Shown here: piece after piece, positions 13,150 through 24,834 of the stretch | How the letters are laid out: every line of letters starts with the position of its first letter | Numbering within the stretch: the stretch's first letter is position 1 | Source: Moniliella sp. 'wahieum' | Lineage: Eukaryota | NCBI GenBank assembly: GCA_003971905.1 | Contig: RSEE01000028.1 | Location: 620,001 to 684,000, forward strand | Direction: 5' to 3' | Length of the DNA: 64,000 nt | Notes under the pieces: generated by a model | The model's database searches: none | Seen by the model: the letters and a program-made list of their open reading frames with translations, nothing else | What the model was told of the DNA's origin: nothing | Program-made: the position numbers and the translations under genes

Positions 13150-14823
13150 CTAGTCGTCGTCCCAGTTGGGGTTCTGCTTCGGCGCCTTGATGCCCGCGGG
13201 CTTGGCCATGATGATCGAGTCTACGTTGAGCACCGAGATGGCGGCACCAGTAGCGTACTTGATCGCCCACAGCTTGGCCGACAGCGCATCCAGCACGCCT
13301 GCCTTGGTTGCCGACGTTACGCCCGTGTCATCGTTGTTGTCAATGTCCACACCCACCTCGGCCTTGCCGTCCTGGTGCGCGGCATACAAGCGCGCAATCA
13401 CCTCGGTCGCGTCCAGCCCCGCGTTCTCCGACAACGTCCGTGGCACCACCTCCAACGCCGCGCCAAAGCGCTTGATCGCATGCTGCGCCAGCCCGGGCGT
13501 GCGTTCCCCCAGCTTGGTCACCACCTGTGCCAACTCAATCTCCGTCGCACCTGCCCCAGGCACCAGGCGGGCGTCCTTGGTAAGCGACTTGACCACATTC
13601 ACACCATCGTCAATCGCTCGCTCCACATCGTCCAGCACATTCGACGTGGCACCACGCAAAACGATCGTAGCCATTTTCGGTTTGGCCTTGCCCCCCAGCC
13701 CTTGTGGGTCTTGGCGGAAGACAGTGACTCGGTCCCCACCAATCTCAACCACCTCGATGGCGTCGATCCAGCCAGCCTCCTCGGGCAGGGGCGCACCAAG
13801 CCGCGCAAGCGGCGTCGCACCCACCAAGCGCGCCAGACGCGCCACCTCGAACTTGGACAGGACCTTGATACAGAGAATGTTGTATCGGTTGAGGTAGTGG
13901 AGCGCCAACTCGCCCACGAAGATTGAGACACCACCACCTTCACCCCTGCATCGGCAATTTCCTTGATGGCCTTCTCCAGCTGTGTCTCTTCGCCCGCCGA
14001 AAAGGCTTGGAGCTCTTTTGCGTTGCAGCAGGACCGTCCCTTTGGTCTCTGTCTGGCTAATATCGATCCCCTGGGTAAAGATGGCCACCTTGCCTCCCTT
14101 GGGAAGGGCGCGCACCGAGCCTTCGGGTGTCTTACCAAATACCATACCGCGCAAGACTTGCGACTGCGCCAGCGATGCACCCAGAATCTTAACCACCCGC
14201 ACATTGTCCACATTAAACCCAGCGAGCGATGGCTTGGTCTTGTTCATGTCCGGTAAGACGAGCGAGATGGCCTGAGCAACGAGCGGAGCAAGTAGCGTCT
14301 CGTTGCCATACTGTTTGCTTGCTAGAACGGGCTGGATGGCCGTGGTGAGGGACTCAACCGTCGGTGGGGACGCCAACTGCGCCACCGAAAGTTCTTCCAA
14401 CGCTGCCAGCGCAGCGTCCCGCGCCGTCTCGTACCCGGCAATAATCTCGCTCGGGTGCAGGCCAAGCGTGACGAGCGCTTCGGCCTTCTTGAGCAGTTCA
14501 CCAGCCAAGATCAAAACCGTGTTCGTTGCATCGCCCATCTCGGCCTCTTGTTGTTGCGAGGCCATGACAAGGAGTTTTGCAGCGGGATGAACGACTTCGA
14601 GTTCGCGAACGATGGTGGCAGCGTCCGAGGTGACAAAGAGGCGCTCCAGATGGTTGATGACCATCTTGTTGCGGCCATTGGGGCCAAAGGAAGTACGCAC
14701 AATCTCACACAGCTCTGTGACGGCAGTGATGTTGCGCAACACGGCATCTTCAATGCCCGAGTACTGTTTGTACCCTTCTTTGAACAGCTGCGGACCGCCC
14801 GCACGGGGAACTTTGAGGGACAT
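13150..14823 (-). CDS. CCT8: T-complex protein 1 subunit theta (CCT chaperonin)
   Basis: MSLKVP start, RTSFGPNGRNKMVINHL, VTSDAATI, EMGDATN, ETKGTVLL and C-terminal NPNWDDD. Segment ~13920-14030 reads correctly in another frame (NAKELQAFSAGEETQLEKAIKEIADAGVKVVV), i.e. compensating indels. Confidence 0.96.
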   Translation of the reverse strand: MSLKVPRAGGPQLFKEGYKQYSGIEDAVLRNITAVTELCEIVRTSFGPNGRNKMVINHLERLFVTSDAATIVRELEVVHPAAKLLVMASQQQEAEMGDATNTVLILAGELLKKAEALVTLGLHPSEIIAGYETARDAALAALEELSVAQLASPPTVESLTTAIQPVLASKQYGNETLLAPLVAQAISLVLPDMNKTKPSLAGFNVDNVRVVKILGASLAQSQVLRGMVFGKTPEGSVRALPKGGKVAIFTQGIDISQTETKGTVLLQRKRAPSLFGGRRDTAGEGHQGNCRCRGEGGGVSIFVGELALHYLNRYNILCIKVLSKFEVARLARLVGATPLARLGAPLPEEAGWIDAIEVVEIGGDRVTVFRQDPQGLGGKAKPKMATIVLRGATSNVLDDVERAIDDGVNVVKSLTKDARLVPGAGATEIELAQVVTKLGERTPGLAQHAIKRFGAALEVVPRTLSENAGLDATEVIARLYAAHQDGKAEVGVDIDNNDDTGVTSATKAGVLDALSAKLWAIKYATGAAISVLNVDSIIMAKPAGIKAPKQNPNWDDD

Positions 14824-15202
14824 GGCGGCGGAAGGAGAGAAGGTGGTGGGAGGCCAAGCAGGAGGAGCGCCACGCAGCACGTCGCCCGCCGCGTCTCTCC
14901 GCTCTTGTGCTGCGCCGAAGCACACAGAACCCGCGCCACCGGAATTGGGTCTCTGGTTCCGCCCCGGCCGCCCCCTTGCAACGTTCAATAATGGGTGTTA
15001 ACACGTTCAGCGTTCGTTCAAATTTCAGGCTTTCAGACGCTGGTGCGATTGCAACTTTCAAACTCAGGTCTCTGCCTCCGTCCAGCCAACCATCTATTCA
15101 TCCATCTGCCTCCTCCCCGGTCTTTGTACGATCGATCCTTGTGCAGACATGCAGAATTCGCATCCCATCCGCTCGGCCAGCGCTCCTCCCCGCCCATTCC
15201 TC

Positions 15203-15783
15203 TCACCAGCTTGTAAGGAAGGAACTTGCCCGACAGCGTGATCTTGACCCGATCCCCCGCAGGGTTCTCCTCCTTCTCCACCGACCCTTCAAAGTCAATC
15301 GCACTCATGATGCCATCGCCAAACTTTTCGTGGATAATGTTCTTGATCGGGTACCCATACACACTGACGATTTCCTGCAGCCGGACAATCACCGGATCTA
15401 CATCCCCCCCCCCCATCGTGCACCATGCGTCAGCCAATCAGCAAAAGCCCACCGCACGAGACCAACCAGCACAAAAAGATAGGCTTCAACGTACCTTTCG
15501 GAGGGTGTTCGCCGAGTCCGCGATCGGGGTAATATTCCGATCCAAGCGACGCTTCCAAGTACTCATACCGCACGTCCAGCACTTGGCTCAGTTTTTCCAA
15601 ATCTTCCTTGGTCGGCTTGGCTTGGCCATAAAAGATGGCCGCCGTGTACAGCTCGTTGCGGCCGAGCTGCTTGGCAATCGCCTCAAACGACAGCTTCTTT
15701 CGCGTCTTGGCATCCGACAAGGTGGTGAAGATCGACGGAAGCTCGGTCAGCACCTTGGGGCGGCTGGGCGTCGCGTTGCTCAT
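15203..15783 (-). CDS. CYN1: Cyanate hydratase (cyanase)
   Basis: [11 protein letters not shown](K)/DPVIVRLQE across intron 15398..15494 (GTACGT..TAG), [30 protein letters not shown]. Probable terminal W-TGA at 15203-15208 after an indel. Confidence 0.95.
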
Positions 15784-16279
15784 GGTTCTTGTTGTGTCGC
15801 AACCGGCGTGGGAAGTGATAGGGATTCCAGAGTGGAACACCACGGTAACGGGAGTCCGGAGGTAGGTGGTGTTGGTGGACCAAAGAGATGTCGCTTGGAC
15901 CAACGATGGGAGGAAGAACAAGAGAGGCAGGCGGTCGAGCGAAGATCAAGAGGAGAGGGGAGGATCGATGGGGGAGATCGGGGACCGTACCCCAACCTGG
16001 CTCACTTGTAAGTGGCTGACTCGGCCCGCTGAGCGGCTGAGCGGCTCAGGCTGCTGTGCTGAGCCTCAGCGGTCCCCGGGGGACCGTGCACACTGTTTAA
16101 GCCCGCGTTAACCGCAGCCAGGCGCTTGGCCAGGCAAGCCTCTCAGTTGTCCGTGCGCTCCGTTGCAGCGCACCGAGGTAGTACTCGCCTTTGTCTTGGT
16201 GGCGGGCTGAAATTCAACTTTCAACGGGAGGCCCTGCTGAGGTAACCAAATGCGTCATCCCAGCCCGTCTGGCCACGTC

Positions 16280-16324
16280 ATCGATCATCGATCATTCGGT
16301 GCATCATGCATCATGCATCATGCA
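16280..16324. repeat. Adjacent (ATCGAT+C)n and (ATGCAT+C)n heptamer arrays between cyanase and PRO3
   Basis: ATCGATCATCGATCAT followed by TGCATCATGCATCATGCATCATGCA. Confidence 0.85.
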
Positions 16325-16517
16325 CAGTCAAGCTTCCCTTTGGCTGCTCAGCCGCTCAGCGAGTAACTGGTCCCCTCGAGCGGATAGGGTTCGCGGGGTT
16401 CGCCGGGTTACATAAGCACAGACTCCGTTTACCGAAATTTTCTCCGGCGGCGACTCGCAGAAAGCACGGAGAAGACGAGCGTGTCTCCACCGCCTCGCCC
16501 ACCGTCGCCTGAACAAC

Positions 16518-17538
16518 ATGTCCGGCTACACTCTCTGCGTCATTGGCGCCGGCACGATGGGCGTTGCCATCCTCTCGGGCGTGCTGGAAGCCAAGCGGGA
16601 GGTTCAAAAGTCGAGCCCGGTCCAGCAGGGCGACGTGTCGTTGGCCTCGAGCTTGACGGAGGAGGAGCTGCATCAGCTGCCGTCGTCCTTTCTTGCGTGC
16701 GTCAACCGTGCCGAGTCGGGCCGGGCACTGCGCAAGCTCTTGGATCGCGAGGGGTACTTTGAAGTGGAGGTCGTGGTGAAAGGCAATGTCCAGGCAGCCG
16801 AGCGTGCCGACGTCGTCCTCTTGGCTGTCAAACCTCACTTTCTCGCCGAGGTTATGCAAGCACCTGGGATGAAGGAAGCGCTGGACGGAAAATTGGTCAT
16901 TTCCATTGCTGCGGGGGTCCGGATCGATCAGATGAAGCAATGGGTTACGCCAGCTACCAAGGTGGTCCGTGCCATGCCCAACACCCCCTCCAAAATCCGC
17001 GAAGGCATGACCGTCCTCACCCCCTTGCCCCCGAACCCGGATGGTACGCCCAACAAATTCGATCGCGCTATCCTCTTGTCCATCTTTACTGCAATTGGAC
17101 GGGCTCGGTTCCTCGAGGAGAAGCATTTTGATGCCTCTACCGCCTTGGCTGGCTCGGGGCCTGCATTTGCCTGTGTCTTCCTCGAGGCCATGGCAGATGG
17201 CGGGGTTATGATGGGTCTTCCTCGTGCAGAGGCATTGGAACTGGCCCCCAATCGATGCAGGGCGCTGCGAGGATGGTGTTGCAATCGGGAATGCATCCAG
17301 CTGCTCTCAAGGATAGTGTGACCAGTACGTTTCTCGCCATGTCTTCGTTTTTGTTGTGTCTTGTTTTTTCTGCTCTCGTGGTGGACCCATCTAACTCCTG
17401 TAACTTTGCTTAGCGCCTGGCGGATGCACCATTGCGGGCCTACTTAACCTCGAGGATGGGCGCGTGCGGTCCACAGTCGCTCGTACCATCCAGGCTGCGA
17501 CGGAACATGCTGCTGGTCTGGGACAGAGCAAGAAGTAA
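16518..17538 (+). CDS. PRO3: Pyrroline-5-carboxylate reductase
   Basis: IGAGTMG Rossmann motif, LAVKP, VRAMPNTP, ALAGSGPAF. LKDSVT/TPGGCTIAGL spans intron 17325..17413; stop TAA 17536-17538; indel near 17245. Confidence 0.95.
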
Positions 17539-17679
17539 TGGAACAGCAGGTCAATCTGTACTAGAGGAAAAGGCAGTCGATTTCGTCTTGAATATGATTG
17601 ATGCATCACGCAACAAATGGATGGGGGGGACGACCACGCAAGAGTACAGCGAACAGAACATGAACGAGGGAGGTTGAGC

Positions 17680-18240
17680 GATCAGGACGGTGCACCTTCT
17701 ATTATTCGCGTTGGTGCCTTCGAGGCTGCTTGGGTCACGCGTTCATAGGCACCGCCAGCGTCGCAGCCCCCGACAGGTGCCTCAATCATGTCGACAGGTC
17801 GATTCCTTCCTCCTGGTCAGAAATGACGACCGCGTCGACTTGCGCAGGGGGGCGGAGAGACGTTGCTGCTTCCGCCATCACATCAGACATCAAATCCTCA
17901 ATGTTCATCACCTTGACCTTCTTGAATACCTCCAGGTGGACGCAGGTTGCGGCAAGCACGGACATACCATACGCTGGACAGTATCCAATGGCGCACCAGA
18001 GTGCAGGGTGGGAACGGATAGTTGTACAGGAAGAGATCAGGGATGTAGCGGTAGAATACCAACCGAGGTTCCGGAACCGTCAACTTGGGCTGCAGCTCGT
18101 TGGCCGTCAACATGCCGATGGGGAACACCAATCTCAACGACTTCCCCTGAAGGGCGAGAATGATGATGTTCGCTTTGGGTTGAGACAGCGCTCGCACCGC
18201 TTCCTTGTCCGGAACCCTTTTTCATCGCCAATGGTCAACG
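17680..18240 (-). pseudogene. Degenerate coding relic, weakly resembling the N-terminus of an AMP-binding (acyl-CoA synthetase-like) enzyme
   Basis: Reads ANIIILALQG..LVFPIGMLTANELQPKLTVPEPRLVF, reminiscent of ANPAYT..EL..QL..S..KLIF, then continues in another frame with in-frame TGA stops. Identity tentative. Confidence 0.3.
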
Positions 18241-18242
18241 CC

Positions 18243-18543
18243 CTTCCCGCACGCGCTCTGGAAGGGCGCCAGACATGTGGACCCGCCCATGTCGGTGTGG
18301 GTGCTGAGCACAAAGATGGGGAACGTACTTGCCTTTGCAGCGGAATGAGGGACGTGGGCGGTAGGCAAGACGCCGCCGTTGACACAATATCAGGTTACCT
18401 ACTGTACCGCGTTGATACGGTGCTACAACATCGAAAAAGCTCGGCGGGTGCTCGACTAAGAACGGGTTGTCTCTTTCGAAGAGGAGGCCTACCGTTCGGT
18501 ACAGTGGTGGATCAAGACCCATCTCGAGATGATCAAGGCGTAA
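18243..18543 (+). pseudogene. C-terminal fragment of an ERG26/NSDHL-type 3-beta-hydroxysteroid dehydrogenase with in-frame stops
   Basis: Manual translation in one frame: ALWKGARHVDPPMSVWVLSTKMGNVLAFAAE*GTWAVGKTPPLTQYQVTYCTALIRCYNIEKARRVLD*ERVVSFEEEAYRSVQWWIKTHLEMIKA*. Internal stops at 18346 (W position) and 18457 (Y position). Confidence 0.7.
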
Positions 18544-18960
18544 CGATTCATCATGAAAATGAGATTCAATAGATGTTGATCGTGGGCGTGTTGGATAGAC
18601 ACCCGATGATGAGACACGAGGAGAGGTGAACAGTGAGATATAGTGGGGCTTTGTGGTGCCGACCGATTCACCGATATGTAGGCGACCGGCAATGCGTCGG
18701 TGCCTGGCAGAGAGTCGACCCCACCATGTTGGAGGAGGGTTAGGTTACGACTACGAGGGCAGCCTGATCCACGCGTGAACGAAAGGAGTTACTCAGACCA
18801 GTTGTGACTGGTCTGAGGCCTGAGTTGGCCGTTCGGCCATGCCAGTCTGCATGTACCTCCACTTAGCGATGGCTGACGTCGTTGGCTCCTACAATGCAAA
18901 CATTGTACACAGGAAACCCAAATGGACGTCTCAGTAGCACGGCACAAAGAGGGGAAAGGA

Positions 18961-20728
18961 CTAGGACTGAAGCAGGTAGTCCTTAGCAAGGCGACGAGCA
19001 AAGAACCCCTTGCACCGTTCGTACAAGTCTTGCCCGCAATAAAACCAAAAGCACCCAAATGCAGCGCCACCCAAGTGCGCTGCATGGCCCAACGCTTTCC
19101 ATCCCAACACAAGCCCGGTACAGTCGACCAAGAGCAAAACCGACGTGGCTGTCGCGATGGACTGGGGCACAAACAAGGTCAACGGGCCAACCACCTCGGC
19201 ATCCGGCATCTCCAAGGCCAACAAGACCAGCAAACTGTACGCGCCCCCCGATAGACCGATGCTGGGGCGGACGAGATGATCGGCGTACTCTTGCATTAAT
19301 TGTTGGGACCGCGTGTCCCCTCGTGGGCTAGCACGAGCCCAGTGCCGCAAGAGACGGGTCAGAGTGACGCGCGCACGAATGGCGGAAGCTAGGTGGCCTG
19401 TTGCGCCGCCGACCGCGGCACCAGCAATCAAGATGGTGAACGAGAGGGGAAGTAGGGACGATTCAGGTACATGCGGGGTGGAGGTACGTGCGGTCCGGTC
19501 TTTCCCCTTGTCAACAAGACCGTCCGGCGACATTTCACTTGCATGGACCAATCGCTCCACCGCGACAGAGCCAATGGAGTAAATCGCGATCCCATTGGCC
19601 AAGAGGTGGAGGGTAGATATATGTGTCCATCCCGATGTGAGAATGGTGTGTAAGCGCGGCACCTTTTGGCCTGCTTCATATGCCTTCTCTTTCATCAAAG
19701 CCCAGTACAGATGTGGACGAGGAAAGAAGGCGTAGTGCGAGCTCCGGGAGCATGAGCTAGCACCTCCATCAGCCCTAATCGCACTCGTACCGGCGCAATC
19801 TTGAATGGCACATGGACCAGGGCGATCACCAACAGTGGTGCAACCATAGCAGCGTGTCCAGGGGAGAGGGAAAGGTACCATCGCTCACGCTCAGGTAGGT
19901 GTTGACCGTCCACTCCATCCAGCCCTGAGGGAGAACCGACTTGCCCTCTTCCACTAACATTCGAAGCACGTTGCCCAACTTGGCTGCGATCATGTGGGTG
20001 TGGGCAGAGCGTAACCGCGCCTCGCCACCCCCAGGAACGGATCCTCCTGTGGGTCAACCAGCCACGCGTCCCGGTCTCGTCCAAACCGAGAGGGATGGGC
20101 CTTCTCCATGTCCAGCGGCGAGGCAGCAGAGTCAGCAGACGCAGTGGAGGATGTGAAGGAAGTGAGATCCCCCAATCCCTTGAGGAGGGAAATGAGTTTC
20201 CCGCCAGGCGAGTTTTCCCGTTCTTGTGCCCGGACCGCACGAGCCAAGGCGGCCGACGAGTCGACACTGAAGTATGCGGCTACGACAATGGACAGCAGCA
20301 GCGGCGAGAGCAAGGGCAGTCGGACGGAACAGCGGGGGAGGGGCAAAGCCAAATTCGCCAGGCTTGGGATGGGGTGTGCCTGGGATATGGGCAAAGGGCA
20401 CTGTGCGCACTGCTCCCAGGGGAGCGTCCGCATTGGACCCCATCCTCGGCCCCTCCTTGGCAGCAGCGACATTTCCTCCACGGGCATGTGGGCCGCAAGC
20501 CGAGCCAGGTCCTTGTCGCGCTCAGACAGGGGGACCCGCACCCATACTTTGCCCCCGGGGTGGCGGGGGCGGGGGAGCGGAGGGTGATGGGGTTGCGGTA
20601 GAAGGCGGAGCGGGTGGGGCCCCACGGGTCGGCAGGCGCGCCCAGAGCGAGGCGGACGTGTGCAGATGCGCTGCGTGTGGACGCGGCAGGAGCGGGGCGG
20701 CGACGGGGCGCACCGCACGCGCAAACAT
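18961..20728 (-). CDS. Mitochondrial rhomboid protease (PCP1/PARL-like)
   Basis: Presequence-like MFARAVRPVAAPLL; TSGWTHISTLHLLANG; catalytic GLSG serine motif; HAAHLGGAAFG histidine motif; several indels. Confidence 0.8.
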
Positions 20729-21146
20729 CGGGTGGGGATGGGGGTGGGGGGGGCGAGGCGGGTGATGGCCGGTGGATTCAATATTGACTTGGGCGTGAAC
20801 ATTGGATCCGAACCTAAACGTTCAGTCACTCGTTGCTATCACTAGTCACTGCACTCCGATTGCGTGTTGGGCCCAGTTGGACCGCTGCTGCGTCATGCAA
20901 CCAACCCTACCCCAGCGAGCGAACGAGGCAGAAACCGACAGAGGGTATAAGCATGTTACCGCTGTATTACGGTTGATGGCCTGCTTCCCTCAATACCCAC
21001 GCCAGGACCAGCTAGCTGTAGAATGGCCATACCAATCATGCTCTACATTGAGTTCCCACCGCGCGGTTCTCCTCCCTCTTCCCATCTCATGTCAAATCCT
21101 CAAGAAGGGAGCAAGCGCATCGATCGCGATGACTATACAACAGCGA

Positions 21147-23564
21147 TTAAATGTGCCGTTGAACCTCCACGTCCTCGAACGCTTGAATCCGGTCGCCCGG
21201 CTCAAAGTCTTGGAAGTTGTCAAAGGCGATGCCGCATTCGGTGCCCTTACGCACCTCATTCACATCCTTCTTAAGATGCTTGAGGGTATCGAGTTTGCCA
21301 CGGTAAATCTCCTTTCGCTCCTCTCCCCGTAGGACACGCATCTGGCCGCGCGTTTTGATGGACCCATTGACGACGCGAGACCCCGCAACTTTGTGGAATT
21401 TGGCACCGCGAATGTTGATCTCAAATAGGGTAAGTACTTCGGCTTCCCCTAACACCTTGGTCTCGATCCGTGGTGGCAGCAGTTTCGACACTTCATCTCC
21501 TACCCGCTCAATCAAGCGGTAAATTACCTTGTTCTTCCATCACTTCCACCTTGGGAACTTTTCGCTCAGCCAACCTCCGCACGGCACCAGGAACGGCCAC
21601 GTTGAAGCAGACAATTTGAGCATTGGCCGTGCTCGCGAGCGAGACATCCGCCTCGCTCGGCGCGCCCACCGCTGCATCAATCACATGCACCCCCCCTCTT
21701 CGTTCCCAATCCCTTCCAGCGTCGCCTGTACCGCCTCTACCGAGCCTGACACATCTGCCCGGATGAGAATGTTGAGGATCTTGCGACCGGATTCTGCAGG
21801 GGTCGTAATTTCCTTCTGGGCCTTGGCGGCTTCTTGCTCGACCTTGGCGATCGCCTCGCCAATGACACGTTGCAACTGCGCTGGCGGGGGAGGAACAGCC
21901 GAAGGGTTGGGAATGGCTTGGCCACTGCTCAGGTCAAATTCGAGACCTAACCGCGCAGCACGGGCAGCAGCACGTTTCAAGTACTCCATCCGGTCCTTGC
22001 GACTGTCCACTTCGGACTTTTTGCGGCGCATCTCGTTGATCTCCATCACATCGTTAATCATGGCTTCCTCGGCTTCGCGGGTCTTGCGATCCTCGGCAGC
22101 CCGTTTCACATCCGCCTCCGACTTGGCCGACAATACCATGTCGCCTGCCTGTGGCAAATCTTTCCACCCCGATACGACCACAGGGTCCGCCGGGCCAGCT
22201 GTTTTGACCGTCTTGCCATTCGAATCAAACATGGCCTTCACCTTGCACCAGGACGTGCCAGCCAACAAAAACGAACCCGGTTTCAGTTGCCCCCGTTTGA
22301 CCAGCATCGTCGCCACGTTGCCCCTGCCCTTTTCCAAACGCGACTCGACCACCACGCCTTCGGGCAAACCATCCTTCTCGGCCCGGAGGTCCGCAAGTTC
22401 GGCCATCGCCGCCAACGTTTCTTCGAGTTCGTCGAGCCCTTGTCCGGTCTTGCCACTGACTGCAACCATGGGACATCCCCTCCGGCCTCTTCCAGCGGCA
22501 CTCCAGCTGCCAACAATTGGTTCTTGATCGTCTCCGGGTCGTTGCCGGGTTTGTCAATCTTGTTGAGTGCGACGACCATTTGGACCGAATTTTCTTCCCC
22601 CCCTTCTTCTGTGCGCGCATCCTGGTTGATGCGTGTCCAAGTATCAATCACCTCCTTGGTCTGTGGCATCACCCCATCGTCCGCCGCGACAACCAACACA
22701 ATAATGTCGGTCGTCTTGGCCCCGCGTGAACGCATCTCGGAAAACGCGGCATGGCCCGGCGTATCAAGAAAGGTGACTGTGGTGATTTCTCCTGTCCCCT
22801 TAGCAACGGTAGGGGAAACAGCACCCTTCTTGTCCTTCTTGTCCTTCTTATTGTTCTTGTTCTTGCCATCCTTGGCTTGCAATCGCAACCCCACCGGCAC
22901 GGAAAAGGCACCAATGTGCTGCGTAATCCCACCAGCCTCGCCGGCTGCTACAGAAGCGTTACGCAGCCGGTCCAAGAGCGTTGTCTTGCCATGGTCCACA
23001 TGGCCCATCACGGTCACAATCGGAGGACGGAGGGGTACGCGGGATTTGTCCGCCGCCGGTGGTCGCGGGTGCAAATCAAACCCAGCTTGCGACGCGATCG
23101 CCTCGCATCCCAAATCCAGCAACGCCATTTCCGCATCCGCAAAGGTGAGCATTGCGTCGGGTCGGTTGTCGGTCAAGCCGGCTCGGAGGATGGCATTTTG
23201 GAGCACGTCTGTTGATCGATGGGGGGGGGGGGAGGGGGGTTAATGGTTGGAATTGCTAACATACCAGCGAGGTACAGAAGTAAAACGTACGGATGCGCAG
23301 GTTGAGTTTACTGGCCAAGTTCTGGACACTGATAAAGGGAGGCACGTGGGCCGTGGGCGGGGCATACTCGACCGGTTTCTTCAGTCCTCGGCCGGTGCGG
23401 CCTACCCTTGGGGCGGCGCAGGCGGCGGGTGTGGTGTGCAGTGCGCGCGCGGGACGGGGAGGCGGGGAGGCAGGGGTGTGGACGAAGGGACGGTGAGGCG
23501 TGGGAGGAGAGAAGGAGCGCGGCGCATGGGCCGCCGCTCGCAGAAGAAGACGCGCCGAGGCCAT
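21147..23564 (-). CDS. IFM1: Mitochondrial translation initiation factor IF-2
   Basis: [70 protein letters not shown]. Intron 23209..23290; Arg-rich presequence. Confidence 0.95.
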
Positions 23565-23876
23565 TGGGGCTGCGCTGGTGGCAGCTCCACCAGGTGCGAG
23601 CTGCGGCCGTCGTCTCATTTAAGCCGGGCGGAACCACTTCTTCCTGCCGCCCGCGTGCGTTCCGCCTGAGCCTAAGCCAGCCCCGAAAGCTTCATGTTGA
23701 AACTTGAAATGGCGGGGCGCACGGACATTTGAAAGTTGCATGGGGCAGCCCCCTCCCACCGGCTACCCATCCAGCCGATGCCGGCTGCTCGTTTACTGGT
23801 TTCGCAGACTTTCACGCCTCAGCCCGAACGATCTCCTCCCCCCCGCCCCATCCCCGCCCCCACCCCCACCACCACC

Positions 23877-24834
23877 ATGGCCTCCTACACCGCCCTCGAC
23901 GCCCCCATCTACTTCCCCGGCGCCACCGCCGCCCCCAGCACAAGCGACGCCCCTCTGTCCTCGCCCTCGCCCAGGCCGACAAGGGTCTCTGGGTCCTCGC
24001 CTTTACCGGCGCCGAGACACCCGACAATCGCCTGACCCCCTTCCTGCTCCGTGCCTACCTCGAGGCGCTGGACCACGTCGAGGCACAGTGGGAGGCTCTC
24101 TCTTCCGACGAGGAGGCGGTCGCCAAGGGCGCAGCGCTCATCACAGGCCAAATCGAGCCAGGCAGCAAATTCTTCTCCAACGGCCTCGACCTCGCCCAGG
24201 CCATGTCCACCCCAGGCTTCTTTGACCATCCGTTCACCACCGTCTTTCGTCGCTTGCTCACCTTCCCCATCCCGACGGTCGCTGCCATTGGCGGTCACGC
24301 CTTTGCTGGTGCGTGTCCTTGGCCTTGGCACACGACTTCCGCGTTATGACGGTCGCAAGGGTACTTGTGCATGAACGAAATCTTCTTTGGCGCGCCCATC
24401 CCGGCGGGCAGTCGGCCGTGGTCAAGGCGAAAGTGTCGGATGCGCAGGTCCGTCGTGCGCTCTTCCTCGAGGCCACCGCTTCAGTGGTCGCGAAGCCTTT
24501 GACAAGGGCATGGTCGACTGATTGTTCCGTCGGCCGATCACCCCCCGATCCCAGAGGACAAGGCCAAGTGAAGATGCGCTTCAGCCACAGCGTGTGCTCG
24601 ATCCGCACTCGATTGGCTACCAAGGTACGCACCTTGGCGGCCAAAAATGCGGTTTGGGGTCAACAAGGCCATCAATTACGTTGAGGCACTGGAACAGATG
24701 AACATCGAGTACGCCCCCACTCCCTCCTTTCTTGATTAGAGTGTTGTTGACGGACTCTACCCTTGGTGTTAGGCAGGACAGTTACTGCGCACGTCGACCA
24801 GTTGACCGAGGGCCCGGCCAAGGCTAAGCTATAG
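23877..24834 (+). CDS. Crotonase-fold enoyl-CoA isomerase/hydratase with potential C-terminal PTS1 (AKL)
   Basis: PDNRLTP, KFFSNGLDL, PIPTVAAIGGHAFAG, LAHDFRVM. A last intron from 24709 (GTACGC) leads to ..GPAKAKL-TAG at 24832-24834. Confidence 0.85.

Noticed and set aside
17730..18572. 280-aa plus-strand ORF
   Set aside because: No recognisable motif; it is the antisense or off-frame shadow of two gene relics.
22287..23243. Long antisense ORFs over IF-2 (and similarly CCT8, RPL18, the helicase and the TPI-like gene)
   Set aside because: Expected shadows of GC-rich codon usage on the opposite strand.
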